The notes beneath the pieces are model-generated. The model searched no databases. It was not told the origin of the DNA and worked only from the letters and a program-made list of their open reading frames with translations. Of a stretch of DNA of 23,651 nucleotides, positions 1-8,341 are shown piece after piece; the stretch's first letter is position 1; the number at the start of each line of letters is the position of its first letter. Both the position numbers and the translations under genes were made by a program. This stretch comes from Spirochaetia bacterium (GTDB taxonomy: Bacteria; Spirochaetota; Spirochaetia; CADAEX01). The stretch spans positions 1-23,651 of the forward strand of contig CAXXHA010000022.1 of NCBI GenBank assembly GCA_963662265.2, given 5' to 3'.

Positions 1-1089
1 TCCTCCGACTATAGGGAACATACCAAAAAGAACAAGAAAACCGGCAATATAATAACCGACATACCTGCTTGCCACTCCTGTAAGCTGAATAACACCGTTG
101 TTCTGACTGAATGTTGTATTTGGAAAAGAATTGAAAACTGCGGCAAGAGCCGAGTTTACACCGTCGCCGAGAACCCCGCCTGATATCCTTTTCATATAAA
201 GATCTCCCTCTATAGGTTCTCCGGAGACCATTGAGGTGGCTGTAAGGTCGCCTATTGATTCAACTGTAGTAATCAGATAAAGAAGAGCCATAGGGAGAAC
301 AAAACCGAGATGGATTTTGAAAAACCCGAATTTAAACGGGACAGGTGCATTTATAATACTCAATGAAGCAAGTTTTCCGAAATTAACCTTTCCCATAAAA
401 GCGGCCACCATGTAGCCGAGAACAAGTCCTATCATGACAGAACTCAGCCTGACAAATTTGTTTCTGCTTCTGTTGAAAATAATAATTGTGACAAGAACAA
501 TTCCTGCAAGCATTAGATTCTGCGGACTTGCAAATAATTCAGGTTTGTTTTCCATCAGCCATGTTCCGCCTGCCATATCTGTTATACCGACCTTTATAAG
601 GGAAAGACCGATAAGTGTTACAACAATTCCGCTCACAAGTGGTGTGATAAATTTCTTAAGCATCTTGAGAAACCTGCTGAATCCCATCTCAACAAATGAA
701 CAGATAAAGCATGTTCCCAATATATTCGCCATTATATCATTTGTGTCCCCGCCTGCTCCCTTTACAGCAAAACCTATTGCCAGGACTGTTCCGAGAAAAG
801 TAAAGCTTGTACCCTGTATACTCAGAAGACCGGAACCTACAATTCCAAACCGCCTGACCTGAATAAATGTTGAAAGACCTGATGCAAAAAGCGCCATATT
901 GATGATAAATGCTGTTGTTGCAACATCAAATCCGAGAACTCCGCAGATTATGATAGGGGGTGTTACAATACCGACAAAAATTGCCAGCAGATGCTGAAGC
1001 GCGGCAAATACTGAAGCGGGAACTGAAGGCTTATCCTCCAGTGTGTAGAGAAGGTCCACTGTTTTCAATGGGTTCTGCTTTGTATCCAT
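1..1089 (-). CDS. xanP: NCS2/NAT family xanthine/uric-acid permease (XanP/XanQ-like), 3' end runs off the window
   Basis: Not in the ORF track; translated by hand from ATG at 1089 (SD AGGAGAG at 1094-1100): MDTKQNPLKTVDLLYTLEDKP...ALQHLLAIF...TTVESIGD...TTFSQNNGVIQLTGVASRYVG. It has the QH motif and the NAT signature motif of xanthine-type NCS2 transporters. The frame is open to position 1. Confidence 0.92.
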   Translation of the reverse strand, partial: MDTKQNPLKTVDLLYTLEDKPSVPASVFAALQHLLAIFVGIVTPPIIICGVLGFDVATTAFIINMALFASGLSTFIQVRRFGIVGSGLLSIQGTSFTFLGTVLAIGFAVKGAGGDTNDIMANILGTCFICSFVEMGFSRFLKMLKKFITPLVSGIVVTLIGLSLIKVGITDMAGGTWLMENKPELFASPQNLMLAGIVLVTIIIFNRSRNKFVRLSSVMIGLVLGYMVAAFMGKVNFGKLASLSIINAPVPFKFGFFKIHLGFVLPMALLYLITTVESIGDLTATSMVSGEPIEGDLYMKRISGGVLGDGVNSALAAVFNSFPNTTFSQNNGVIQLTGVASRYVGYYIAGFLVLFGMFPIVGG

Positions 1090-1142
1090 ATAACTCTCCT
1101 TTTGGAATATAAAAATTTCCTTTACAGAAATTTTCTTTTTAT

Positions 1143-1161
1143 ACTTCTGCCAGGCAGAAGT
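1143..1161. promoter_or_regulatory. 9-1-9 palindrome ACTTCTGCC-A-GGCAGAAGT in the permease 5' region (operator or hairpin)
   Basis: Perfect 9-bp inverted repeat between the putative extended -10 (1219-1227) and the permease start. Confidence 0.4.
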
Positions 1162-1218
1162 CTTATTCCGGAAAAAGTTGTACAGCAAAGAGAGTAAAAC
1201 TACTTTTTATAAAAAATC

Positions 1219-1227
1219 ATTATATCA
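1219..1227 (-). promoter_or_regulatory. Extended -10 promoter element (TGATATAAT) for the permease
   Basis: Reverse complement of attatatca is TG-n-TATAAT, about 130 nt upstream of the ATG. Confidence 0.45.
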
Positions 1228-1259
1228 TATACTATTTTTTACATTATTCTGACTGCAGA

Positions 1260-1434
1260 ATACAGCTGAACAGTCAACAACCACCAGCAGCGCAGGTGGT
1301 TTGAAAGCCGCGCCCCATAGGGGGCTTACGGTGCGGCAAAAGCCACACAAAAAGGAATCACGTCGTATGCCCGATTCAGGAACAACCACCAGAGGAGATG
1401 GCTTTTGCTTCAGTTAAATACTGTTCAGCTGTAT
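1260..1434. repeat. Perfect 15-bp inverted repeat ATACAGCTGAACAGT (1260-1274) / ACTGTTCAGCTGTAT (1420-1434)
   Basis: Read directly; the arms are exact reverse complements and bracket 145 bp of GC-richer structured DNA. Confidence 0.9.
1273..1410 (-). mobile_element. Putative non-autonomous IS200/IS605-family miniature element (PATE/MITE-like, no transposase)
   Basis: The minus strand reads AAGCAAAAGCCATC...GGTGG at one end and GCCCC-TAT-GGGGC...CAAACCACC-N9-GGTGGTTGTTGAC at the other, resembling the subterminal hairpins of IS200-type ends as I recall them. A 12-bp direct repeat AACAACCACCAG lies at 1276 and 1381. No target-site duplication and no ORF. Confidence 0.55.
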
Positions 1435-1465
1435 CTATTGATTCAATCAACTGGCTTTTCTGTAA

Positions 1466-4063
1466 TCATATATTTTTCTTTTTTCTACGGGAAGAATAAT
1501 ATGTATTCTCAAGTGGAAGAGAGTGCCTGAAGACCCTGTCCAGTGAATAATAGGCCCCCTGTACAGCAGGGGCTGTCGGAATAGTTGCAATCTCACCTAT
1601 CCCCTTGCTCCCGTATGAGAGGGGAAGCTTATAATCCTTTTCAACAATACCTGTTTCAATCGCAGGTACCTTGTCTGCCCTGAAAAGCCCCAGGGTACCG
1701 AAACGGGCCTTCAGAACACCTTTTTCAAGGGGAAAATCCTCGGTAAGGGCATAGCCGAGTCCCATTACTACGCCCCCTTCAATCTGCCCCTCAACACTCT
1801 TCCTGTTTATCACCTGCCCGACATCATATACTGCATGGACCTTTTCAAGCCTGCCCTCTTCATCAAGGACAACAACCTGCACCCCGTAGCTGTAGGCAAT
1901 ATGGCTTACAGGATGCTCCTTTTTGCTATTTATAGGATCTGTTACACCGGTATACTCATCATAGAATTCCTCCCCTTCAAGAGCTTCCAGGGAATTACCG
2001 GAATCAAGCCTTTCCTTCAGCTTCAAACATGCCCTCCTCACAGCCTCGCCTGTGAAAAGTGTCTGCCGGGAGGCAGTCGTAGTCCCGGAATTGGGGGTAA
2101 GAAGGGTATCGGGAGGGAAAATATCAAGCATATCAGGATGAATCTTCAGAGTCTCGCACGCAATCTGGAGTATGACTGTATCAAGCCCCTGCCCCACCCT
2201 GGCAGCGCTTGTATAGACAGAAACTTTTCCTTTTTCAACCTTCAGACGGCACCTTCCTGTGTCAGGAACCCCGACACCGAGTCCTGAGTTTTTAAAGGCG
2301 CATGCAATTCCTTTATATTTGTTTCTGAAATAGAAATCCCTCGCCTCATCAAGGCATTCTGAAATTGCTGTCGATTTATCCGCATACTGGCCGTTGGGAA
2401 GAACATCGCCCGGCCTGACTGCATTTATATACCTTATCTCGAAGGGGTCGATACCTGCTTTTTCAGCCAGCAGGTTAAGTGAGCATTCCATTGCGAAATT
2501 GCTCTGCGGAACACCAAATCCCCTGAATGCGCCGGCAGGTGGATTGTTGGTATATACAGCTGTTCCTTTAATACTGATATTCTGGAAATTATAGGGTCCT
2601 CCAGCATGTGTGCATGCCCTCTGAAGAACAGGACCTCCAAGCGAAGCATAGGCGCCTGTATCCGAGACTATATCAGCTTTCATTGCTGTAAGCCTTCCCT
2701 TTTCATCGCATGATACAGTAAGATCTATCTCCATTGCATGCCGCTTCGGATGGACAACAAGGCTTTCCTGCCTTGTAAGTTTGACTTTTACAGGAAGTTT
2801 AAGAACATAGGCAAGAAGGGCGGCATGGTGCTGAACGCTCATATCCTCCTTGCCTCCGAAAGCGCCTCCGACAAGATTTGTTATGCATCTAACCTTTTCC
2901 TTTTCAATACCCAGAACAGGTGCAATTTCCCGCTGCTCATCATAAATACTCTGGCTTCCTGTATAGACAATCACCCCGCCTGAGTCAGGAACTGAAACAG
3001 CGCACTCTGTTTCCATGAATGCATGATCAGTAAAAGGAAGTGAATATTTTTCATGGACCAGATATGCTGATCTTTCAAAGACTTTTTCAACATCCTCACC
3101 CCTGACCAGCGTTTCAATATCAAGGATATTGCCACCCTTGTGAATGGGAGGGGCATTTTCTTTAAGAGAATCTGCAGGGGAGGCCATCGGCTCGAGAACT
3201 TCGTATTTTATTTTTACAAGTTTTTTAATATCCTCAAGCGATTCTTTTCTTTTGGATGCAACAAGGGCAACTGCATCACCCATGTACCTTGTAATTTCAC
3301 CCTTTGCTATGAGGACATCCCAGTCTTTAACAAGGTGCCCTGTCTTGTTCATCCCCGGAATATCATCAGCTGTCAGGATACCTGCCGTGTCAGGATGCTT
3401 TAGAGCCTCTGTTATATCAATATCTGTTATTTTAGCTCTCGGATAATCAGATCTCACAGCACTCCCGTATACCATCCCCTCGAGAAACATATCATCTGAA
3501 TAGATTCCCTCCCCGAGAGTCTTTGAATCCGCATCAATCCTCTGATAATCGCTGCCTGGTATGAATGAATTATCTTCAGGAGAAGCTGAAGCTGGGATTT
3601 CAATATCTTCACGGATAAGGCGGGCTGCAGTCTGAAGCGCCTCTATGATTTTCTTGTAACCGGTACAGCGGCATATGTTACGGACAAGGGCTTTTGCAAT
3701 TTCATCTTTTGAAGGGTTATTGTTTCTATCAATGAGGGCTTTACCGCTCATAACCATGCCGGGTATGCAGAAACCACACTGGACAGCACCGGCTTCCCTG
3801 AAAGCATAGGAATAAACAGCTTTCTCTCTTTCTGTAAGCCCTTCCGCTGTAACAACAGAACATCCTTCAAGATTTATCAGTTTCTGGGTGCAGGAGTTTT
3901 TTGCCCTGCCGTCAATTATGACAGTACAGCTTCCGCATGCACCTTCGGAGCATCCGTCCTTCACAGATGTAAGTTTCAGATCTTCGCGGAGAAATTCCAG
4001 AAGAGAACAGCTTTTTTCTGTTTCAATGCTTCTGCCGTTTACTATGAACCGGACCATTTTCAA
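1466..4063 (-). CDS. xdh: Selenium-dependent xanthine dehydrogenase-type molybdenum hydroxylase (fused 2x[2Fe-2S] + Mo-binding domains)
   Basis: 865 aa. Motifs GCSEGACGSC, QCGFCIPG and NICRCTGY (FeS), GGAFGGK, AFRGFG, TTASRQT and KGIGE (Moco). Adjacent to a xanthine permease and ygeW/ygeY. The start may be TTG 4063 or ATG 4057. Confidence 0.88.
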   Translation of the reverse strand: MKMVRFIVNGRSIETEKSCSLLEFLREDLKLTSVKDGCSEGACGSCTVIIDGRAKNSCTQKLINLEGCSVVTAEGLTEREKAVYSYAFREAGAVQCGFCIPGMVMSGKALIDRNNNPSKDEIAKALVRNICRCTGYKKIIEALQTAARLIREDIEIPASASPEDNSFIPGSDYQRIDADSKTLGEGIYSDDMFLEGMVYGSAVRSDYPRAKITDIDITEALKHPDTAGILTADDIPGMNKTGHLVKDWDVLIAKGEITRYMGDAVALVASKRKESLEDIKKLVKIKYEVLEPMASPADSLKENAPPIHKGGNILDIETLVRGEDVEKVFERSAYLVHEKYSLPFTDHAFMETECAVSVPDSGGVIVYTGSQSIYDEQREIAPVLGIEKEKVRCITNLVGGAFGGKEDMSVQHHAALLAYVLKLPVKVKLTRQESLVVHPKRHAMEIDLTVSCDEKGRLTAMKADIVSDTGAYASLGGPVLQRACTHAGGPYNFQNISIKGTAVYTNNPPAGAFRGFGVPQSNFAMECSLNLLAEKAGIDPFEIRYINAVRPGDVLPNGQYADKSTAISECLDEARDFYFRNKYKGIACAFKNSGLGVGVPDTGRCRLKVEKGKVSVYTSAARVGQGLDTVILQIACETLKIHPDMLDIFPPDTLLTPNSGTTTASRQTLFTGEAVRRACLKLKERLDSGNSLEALEGEEFYDEYTGVTDPINSKKEHPVSHIAYSYGVQVVVLDEEGRLEKVHAVYDVGQVINRKSVEGQIEGGVVMGLGYALTEDFPLEKGVLKARFGTLGLFRADKVPAIETGIVEKDYKLPLSYGSKGIGEIATIPTAPAVQGAYYSLDRVFRHSLPLENTYYSSRRKKKNI

Positions 4064-4183
4064 TCCCCTTTCCTTTCAGCTGAATCTGAACCAGGTTGAA
4101 TATAATTGCTGCATAAACAGATCCGGCTTTTTTACTTTTAGAGATTCCCGTATACGACACAGAATCCCAGGGTTTTAACCTGA

Positions 4184-4235
4184 TAAAACAGGTGTATTAA
4201 ATTATAGCACGTAAAACAGAAGAGAAGCTGTTTTA
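4184..4235 (-). promoter_or_regulatory. xdh promoter region: extended -10 TGCTATAAT (4201-4209) with TAAAACAG boxes
   Basis: attatagca at 4201-4209; TAAAACAG at 4184-4191; inverted pair TAAAACAG-N8-CTGTTTTA at 4212-4235. Confidence 0.45.
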
Positions 4236-4349
4236 TATTACCTAATATGAAGGACCTGGATTCAGAAATATTATTCAGGATAAAAACAGATGTTTTCAAA
4301 TATTCCGGTCATGGTAAAAATTAGTAGAATTAAAGATGCCGGGTTTCTC

Positions 4350-5786
4350 TCAGCTTAATGACTCAGTTATCATAGTTCCGAGCCTTCTTATACCTTCCCG
4401 TGCCTCATAAGTTACGGGAGAAGCGAAGCTGATTCTCATGCAGTTTCGAAACCGTTCTCCGTTGCCGAAAACCTGCCCCGGCGCAATGCAGATTCCTTCA
4501 TCAAGCGCTTTATGGAAGAGTTTAAGAGTATCAACTTTATCAGAAAATTCCAGCCAGAAGAAAAACCCTCCCTCCGGTGATGATATGGCAGTATCAGGAG
4601 GAAGATATCCGGAAAGAAGCATTTTCATTTCAAGGGCCTGCCTCGAGATATTTTTCTGAAACTTTTTAACATGATTCATGTAACGGCCATTATTGAGAAA
4701 ATCTGCAAGCGATGCCTGCAGAAGGGGACTTCCCCCCAGGTTCTGTGTAATCTTCAGATTTCTGCACTGCCTGTGATAATTCCCCCCTATCATCCATCCT
4801 ATCCTGAGACCCGGGCTTATAGTCTTTGAGAAAGATGAGCAGTATGCAACATGCCCGCTTCTGTCAAAGCTTTTAAGTGGCCTTACAACAGAAAAAGTAT
4901 GGGAACAGTCGCTGTAAAGATCATCTTCAATAATAATAATATCGTATTTTTCCGCAATTTCAACTGCATGTTTCCTGTTCTGTTCCGGCATGATATATCC
5001 TAAAGGATTCTGAAAAGCGGCAGTCATCAATACTGCCTTTACCCCCTCCTTCCTTATTACAGATTCAAGAGAATCAAGATCCATCCCTTTATCAGATGAT
5101 GTAGGTATAGGTATTATCTTCCTTCCGAGTTCCCTTATTATCTGAATCGCGCCCATAAAAACAGGACTCTCGATAGCAACTGCATCACCCGGTGATGTTG
5201 CTGTCTGAACAGCAAGAGAAAGAGCTTCTGTGCATCCGTTTGTAACGAGAATATCATCAGGACTTACATTTATCCCCCTGTTAAGGAGAATCCTGCAGAT
5301 TTCATTCCTGAGAGGATAATACCCGGATTCATCGGAATACTGCTTCAGAAGAAGTGGATCATCTCTCAGGATCCTGTTAACAGACTGTTTCAGCTTAGAA
5401 ACAGGTAGAAGGCTTTCATGGGGAATTCCTGCCCCGAAAGGGAGTATTGATTTATCATTGCTTGCTTCAACAATTTTTCCGATTATGCTGAGCGGTTTCG
5501 CGTTTTCAGATTTCAGAGAGTAAGTTTCCGCATTGATTGACGGTAGCGGATTACATGAAGGAAGGGCTGCAAAAAACCCCGATTTTTCAACAGCATATGT
5601 TTTCCCCTGCTTTTCAAGTTCCCGGTATGCCTGCATCACAACAGAAAGAGCACAGCTGAAACGGCTGCTCATCCTGCGAAGTGACGGGAGTTTGCCCCCA
5701 TACGGAATTGTCCCCTCAGATATGGCATCAGATATATAATCTGCAATTTCTTCATAACGGAACCTGTTTCCTGATGACTTTTTCAT
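4350..5786 (-). CDS. MocR/GabR-family transcriptional regulator (GntR wHTH + PLP aminotransferase-like domain)
   Basis: N-terminal RYEEIA...KLPSLRRMS...VMQAYRELE wHTH; C-terminal NPLG, IIEDDLY and SFSKTISPGLRIGW; 478 aa. Confidence 0.93.
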   Translation of the reverse strand: MKKSSGNRFRYEEIADYISDAISEGTIPYGGKLPSLRRMSSRFSCALSVVMQAYRELEKQGKTYAVEKSGFFAALPSCNPLPSINAETYSLKSENAKPLSIIGKIVEASNDKSILPFGAGIPHESLLPVSKLKQSVNRILRDDPLLLKQYSDESGYYPLRNEICRILLNRGINVSPDDILVTNGCTEALSLAVQTATSPGDAVAIESPVFMGAIQIIRELGRKIIPIPTSSDKGMDLDSLESVIRKEGVKAVLMTAAFQNPLGYIMPEQNRKHAVEIAEKYDIIIIEDDLYSDCSHTFSVVRPLKSFDRSGHVAYCSSFSKTISPGLRIGWMIGGNYHRQCRNLKITQNLGGSPLLQASLADFLNNGRYMNHVKKFQKNISRQALEMKMLLSGYLPPDTAISSPEGGFFFWLEFSDKVDTLKLFHKALDEGICIAPGQVFGNGERFRNCMRISFASPVTYEAREGIRRLGTMITESLS

Positions 5787-5838
5787 AACAGAAAAGCTAA
5801 TCTGTTACTGTTCAAAAGTCAAGATTCTGTATCTGTTA
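5786..5838. promoter_or_regulatory. Sigma70 promoter for mocR (TTGACT-17-TAGCTT, minus strand) overlapped by three TCTGTTA boxes
   Basis: -35 at 5817-5822 and -10 at 5794-5799, ending 7 nt before the ATG, with no SD. TCTGTTA is inverted at 5786-5792 and direct at 5801-5807 and 5832-5838. Confidence 0.65.
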
Positions 5839-6002
5839 TTGTTTTCACATTCGTTTTAATCTGGATATCAGAGGCAGGCAACAGGCAGCTTTGAAAACTC
5901 ACCAATTGCAGGTTTTCAATCTCATATTCGCCTATAAGGGGTTTATCCCCCTGTTTTTTTAAAGCTGTCCCCTGTAATATTAAAATAACCCGGAGGTAAA
6001 TT

Positions 6003-7184
6003 ATGAATTTCGAGAGTCTTCTTGCAGAAAGAACAAAAATCATGGGAGCAAATGCTATCAGGGAAATTCTGAAAGTTGTTTCACAGCCGGGTATGATCTC
6101 GCTTGCCGGGGGAATACCGTCACCTGAAAGTTTCCCGATGGAAATAATCAGGGAGTTGACTGACACAGTACTCTCAAAATACAGCTCCTCATCTCTTCAG
6201 TATGACTGTACCGAAGGATTTATCCCGCTCAGGGAATCTCTTTCTCCATTACTCGCAGAGAGAGGAATAAATGCGGAGGCTGATAAAATCAGTATTACAA
6301 GCGGATCCCAGGGGCTGCTTGATGCTGTTGCAAAAATCCTCATAACAAAAGGAGACAAAATAGCAGTCGAGGCTCCAACATACCTTGGAGCATTATCAGC
6401 GTTCAATCCCTATGAGCCTGAATATGTGAGAATTGAGACTGATGATGAGGGAGTCATTCCTGATTCTCTTGAAGATGTTCTCAAAAACAACAGTATAAAA
6501 TTCATCTACCTGATCCCAACTTTCCAGAACCCGACAGGGAGATCCATATCTCTTGAACGGAGAAAACAGATTGCACAGATAATTACCAGGTATAACGCGC
6601 TTCTTGTCGAGGATGATCCATACAGCGCACTGAGGTACAGGGGAACGCCCCTTCCTACAATAGCATCTTTTGCACCTGACAATGTCCTTTATTCAAGCAC
6701 ACTTTCAAAAGTATTTGCACCTGGACTCAGGATAGGTTTTTATACAGCGCCTGAAATTATAAGAAAATGGCTGGTACTTGTAAAACAGGGTGTGGATCTT
6801 CATACAAGCACATTCAACCAGGCCCTTGCATCCGAGTATATAACAGGAGGCTACCTGAAAAGACACCTGCCAGAGATAACTGCACTATACAAACCGAAAC
6901 AGGCTGCCATGCTTGATGCGCTTGATAAATACTTCCCCCCGAACTTCAAAGTGTCAAAATCTGACGGGGGAATGTTCCTGTGGGTAGAGGGACCTGAGAA
7001 TTTTGATATGCTTGAACTCTATGAAAAGGCAATTAAAAACAATGTCGCATTTGTTCCGGGGAAATTTTTCTACACAGACCCGGATGAGGGGATTGAAACA
7101 ATGAGGCTCAACTATACTATGGCTGATATTGATACAATTTACACAGCTGTAGGAATGCTTTCAGATGTTATCAGAAACTGCTGA
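6003..7184 (+). CDS. PLP-dependent class I/II aminotransferase (LysN/Aro8-like)
   Basis: ISLAGGIP, PTFQNPTG, VEDDPY, TLSKVFAPGLRIG; SD GGAGG upstream; divergent from mocR. Confidence 0.9.
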   Translation: MNFESLLAERTKIMGANAIREILKVVSQPGMISLAGGIPSPESFPMEIIRELTDTVLSKYSSSSLQYDCTEGFIPLRESLSPLLAERGINAEADKISITSGSQGLLDAVAKILITKGDKIAVEAPTYLGALSAFNPYEPEYVRIETDDEGVIPDSLEDVLKNNSIKFIYLIPTFQNPTGRSISLERRKQIAQIITRYNALLVEDDPYSALRYRGTPLPTIASFAPDNVLYSSTLSKVFAPGLRIGFYTAPEIIRKWLVLVKQGVDLHTSTFNQALASEYITGGYLKRHLPEITALYKPKQAAMLDALDKYFPPNFKVSKSDGGMFLWVEGPENFDMLELYEKAIKNNVAFVPGKFFYTDPDEGIETMRLNYTMADIDTIYTAVGMLSDVIRNC

Positions 7185-7216
7185 TACAATTAAACAGCTC
7201 TAACCGGTTAATATAT

Positions 7217-7242
7217 CTGCCGGCCCGGCCGGCAGTTTTTTT
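7217..7242 (+). terminator. Rho-independent terminator after the aminotransferase
   Basis: CTGCCGGC-ccg-GCCGGCAG followed by T7. Confidence 0.8.
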
Positions 7243-7254
7243 ATGACTTTACAC

Positions 7255-8184
7255 CTATTTAATTATTCTTGTTCCGGTCTCACCCTTGAGGCCGTCCCTG
7301 ACTCTTTCAAGTTCAGTTATAAGGGCCTCACCATTATCTGCACTCATTACAAAATCTGCACAGGCCCTGACCTTGGGCTCCATTGAACCCTTGCCGAATT
7401 CACCTGCATCAGCGTATTTTAAAGCTTCGGAAACTGTCAGGCTGTCCAGAGTCTTTTCATCATCAGTTCCGAAATTAATACATACCTTGTCAACCGCAGT
7501 GAGTATTACAAAATAATCTGCATGGATAAGCTCTGCAAGTTTTCCGCTTGCAAAATCCTTGTCTATTACAGCTTCGACACCTTTCAGATGGTTGCCCTGC
7601 TTTATTACAGGGATACCTCCCCCTCCGCATGCAATTACAAGCTGGTTGTTTTCACAAAGAGTTTTTATCGCCTCGCTTTCAACAATTTTCAAAGGTTTCG
7701 GGGAAGCAACTATTTTTCGAAAACCCTTTCCCTTTATTTCTGTAACGCTTTCTCCCGCTTCGGTAATCTTGTCAGCTTCCTCTTTAGTCAAATAACTGCC
7801 GATAGGTTTTGTCGGATTTTTAAATGCAGGATCATGTTCATCAACAATTACCTGGGTAATGATTGTACAGACAGGTACACTCAGGTTGCGGTTTAGAATT
7901 TCCTCTTCAAGAGCGTTCTGAAGATCATAGCCGATATATCCCTGGCTGAGACTGACACAGACAGACATTGGAAGAGTCTTTGTGTTATGACTTTTTTCAT
8001 AAAAATCAAAACAGTTTCTTATAAAACCGACCTGGGGTCCGTTTCCATGGGAGACAACAACTTTGTACCCCTCTTCGAGAAGATCAACAATAGCTACAGC
8101 AGCTATTTTAACGCAAGCCATCTGCTCTTTCAGGTTTGTACCGAGTGCATTTCCTCCGAGAGCAACTACAATTCTTTTATGCAA
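7255..8184 (-). CDS. arcC: Carbamate kinase
   Basis: VVALGGNAL, SHGNGPQVG, PTKPIG, GGGGIPV, AVIDKD, GSMEPKV. Start reassigned to TTG at 8184, 6 nt after SD GGAGGT, giving 309 aa instead of the track's 331. Confidence 0.93.
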   Translation of the reverse strand: MHKRIVVALGGNALGTNLKEQMACVKIAAVAIVDLLEEGYKVVVSHGNGPQVGFIRNCFDFYEKSHNTKTLPMSVCVSLSQGYIGYDLQNALEEEILNRNLSVPVCTIITQVIVDEHDPAFKNPTKPIGSYLTKEEADKITEAGESVTEIKGKGFRKIVASPKPLKIVESEAIKTLCENNQLVIACGGGGIPVIKQGNHLKGVEAVIDKDFASGKLAELIHADYFVILTAVDKVCINFGTDDEKTLDSLTVSEALKYADAGEFGKGSMEPKVRACADFVMSADNGEALITELERVRDGLKGETGTRIIK

Positions 8185-8283
8185 ATCATAACCTCCGTAT
8201 TCCACTTTTACTTCCTTTTCATGCTGCTTCAGCAAAAGGAAATAAAACAAACAAGCACTGTAATGAACAAATTAAGGGAGCAT

Positions 8284-8315
8284 GTAAAAAGGGTTTTATA
8301 CAAAACCCTTTTTAC
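8284..8315. terminator. 14-bp stem-loop between ygeW and arcC (terminator or mRNA stabiliser)
   Basis: GTAAAAAGGGTTTT-atac-AAAACCCTTTTTAC, perfect inverted repeat. Confidence 0.65.
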
Positions 8316-8341
8316 TTACATATTTTCACAGTGAAATCCTG

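Noticed and set aside
434-862. 142-aa plus-strand ORF
   Set aside because: Antisense shadow of the NCS2 permease, which has clear family motifs on the minus strand.
1090-1260. Purine or xanthine riboswitch upstream of the permease
   Set aside because: None of the purine riboswitch core elements (TATAA..., TTTCTACC, CCGTAAA) appear in the right order; the region is mostly AT-rich.
1276-1392. Mini-CRISPR from the AACAACCACCAG direct repeats
   Set aside because: Only two 12-bp copies 105 bp apart and no cas genes; better explained as mobile-element ends.
1466-4063. Selenocysteine recoding in the Se-dependent Xdh
   Set aside because: The ORF is uninterrupted and the terminal TGA follows a complete C-terminus; this family is known to use non-Sec selenium.
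8185-8250. 22-aa N-terminal extension of carbamate kinase in the ORF track
   Set aside because: SD GGAGGT lies 6 nt before TTG 8184, and family similarity begins there.
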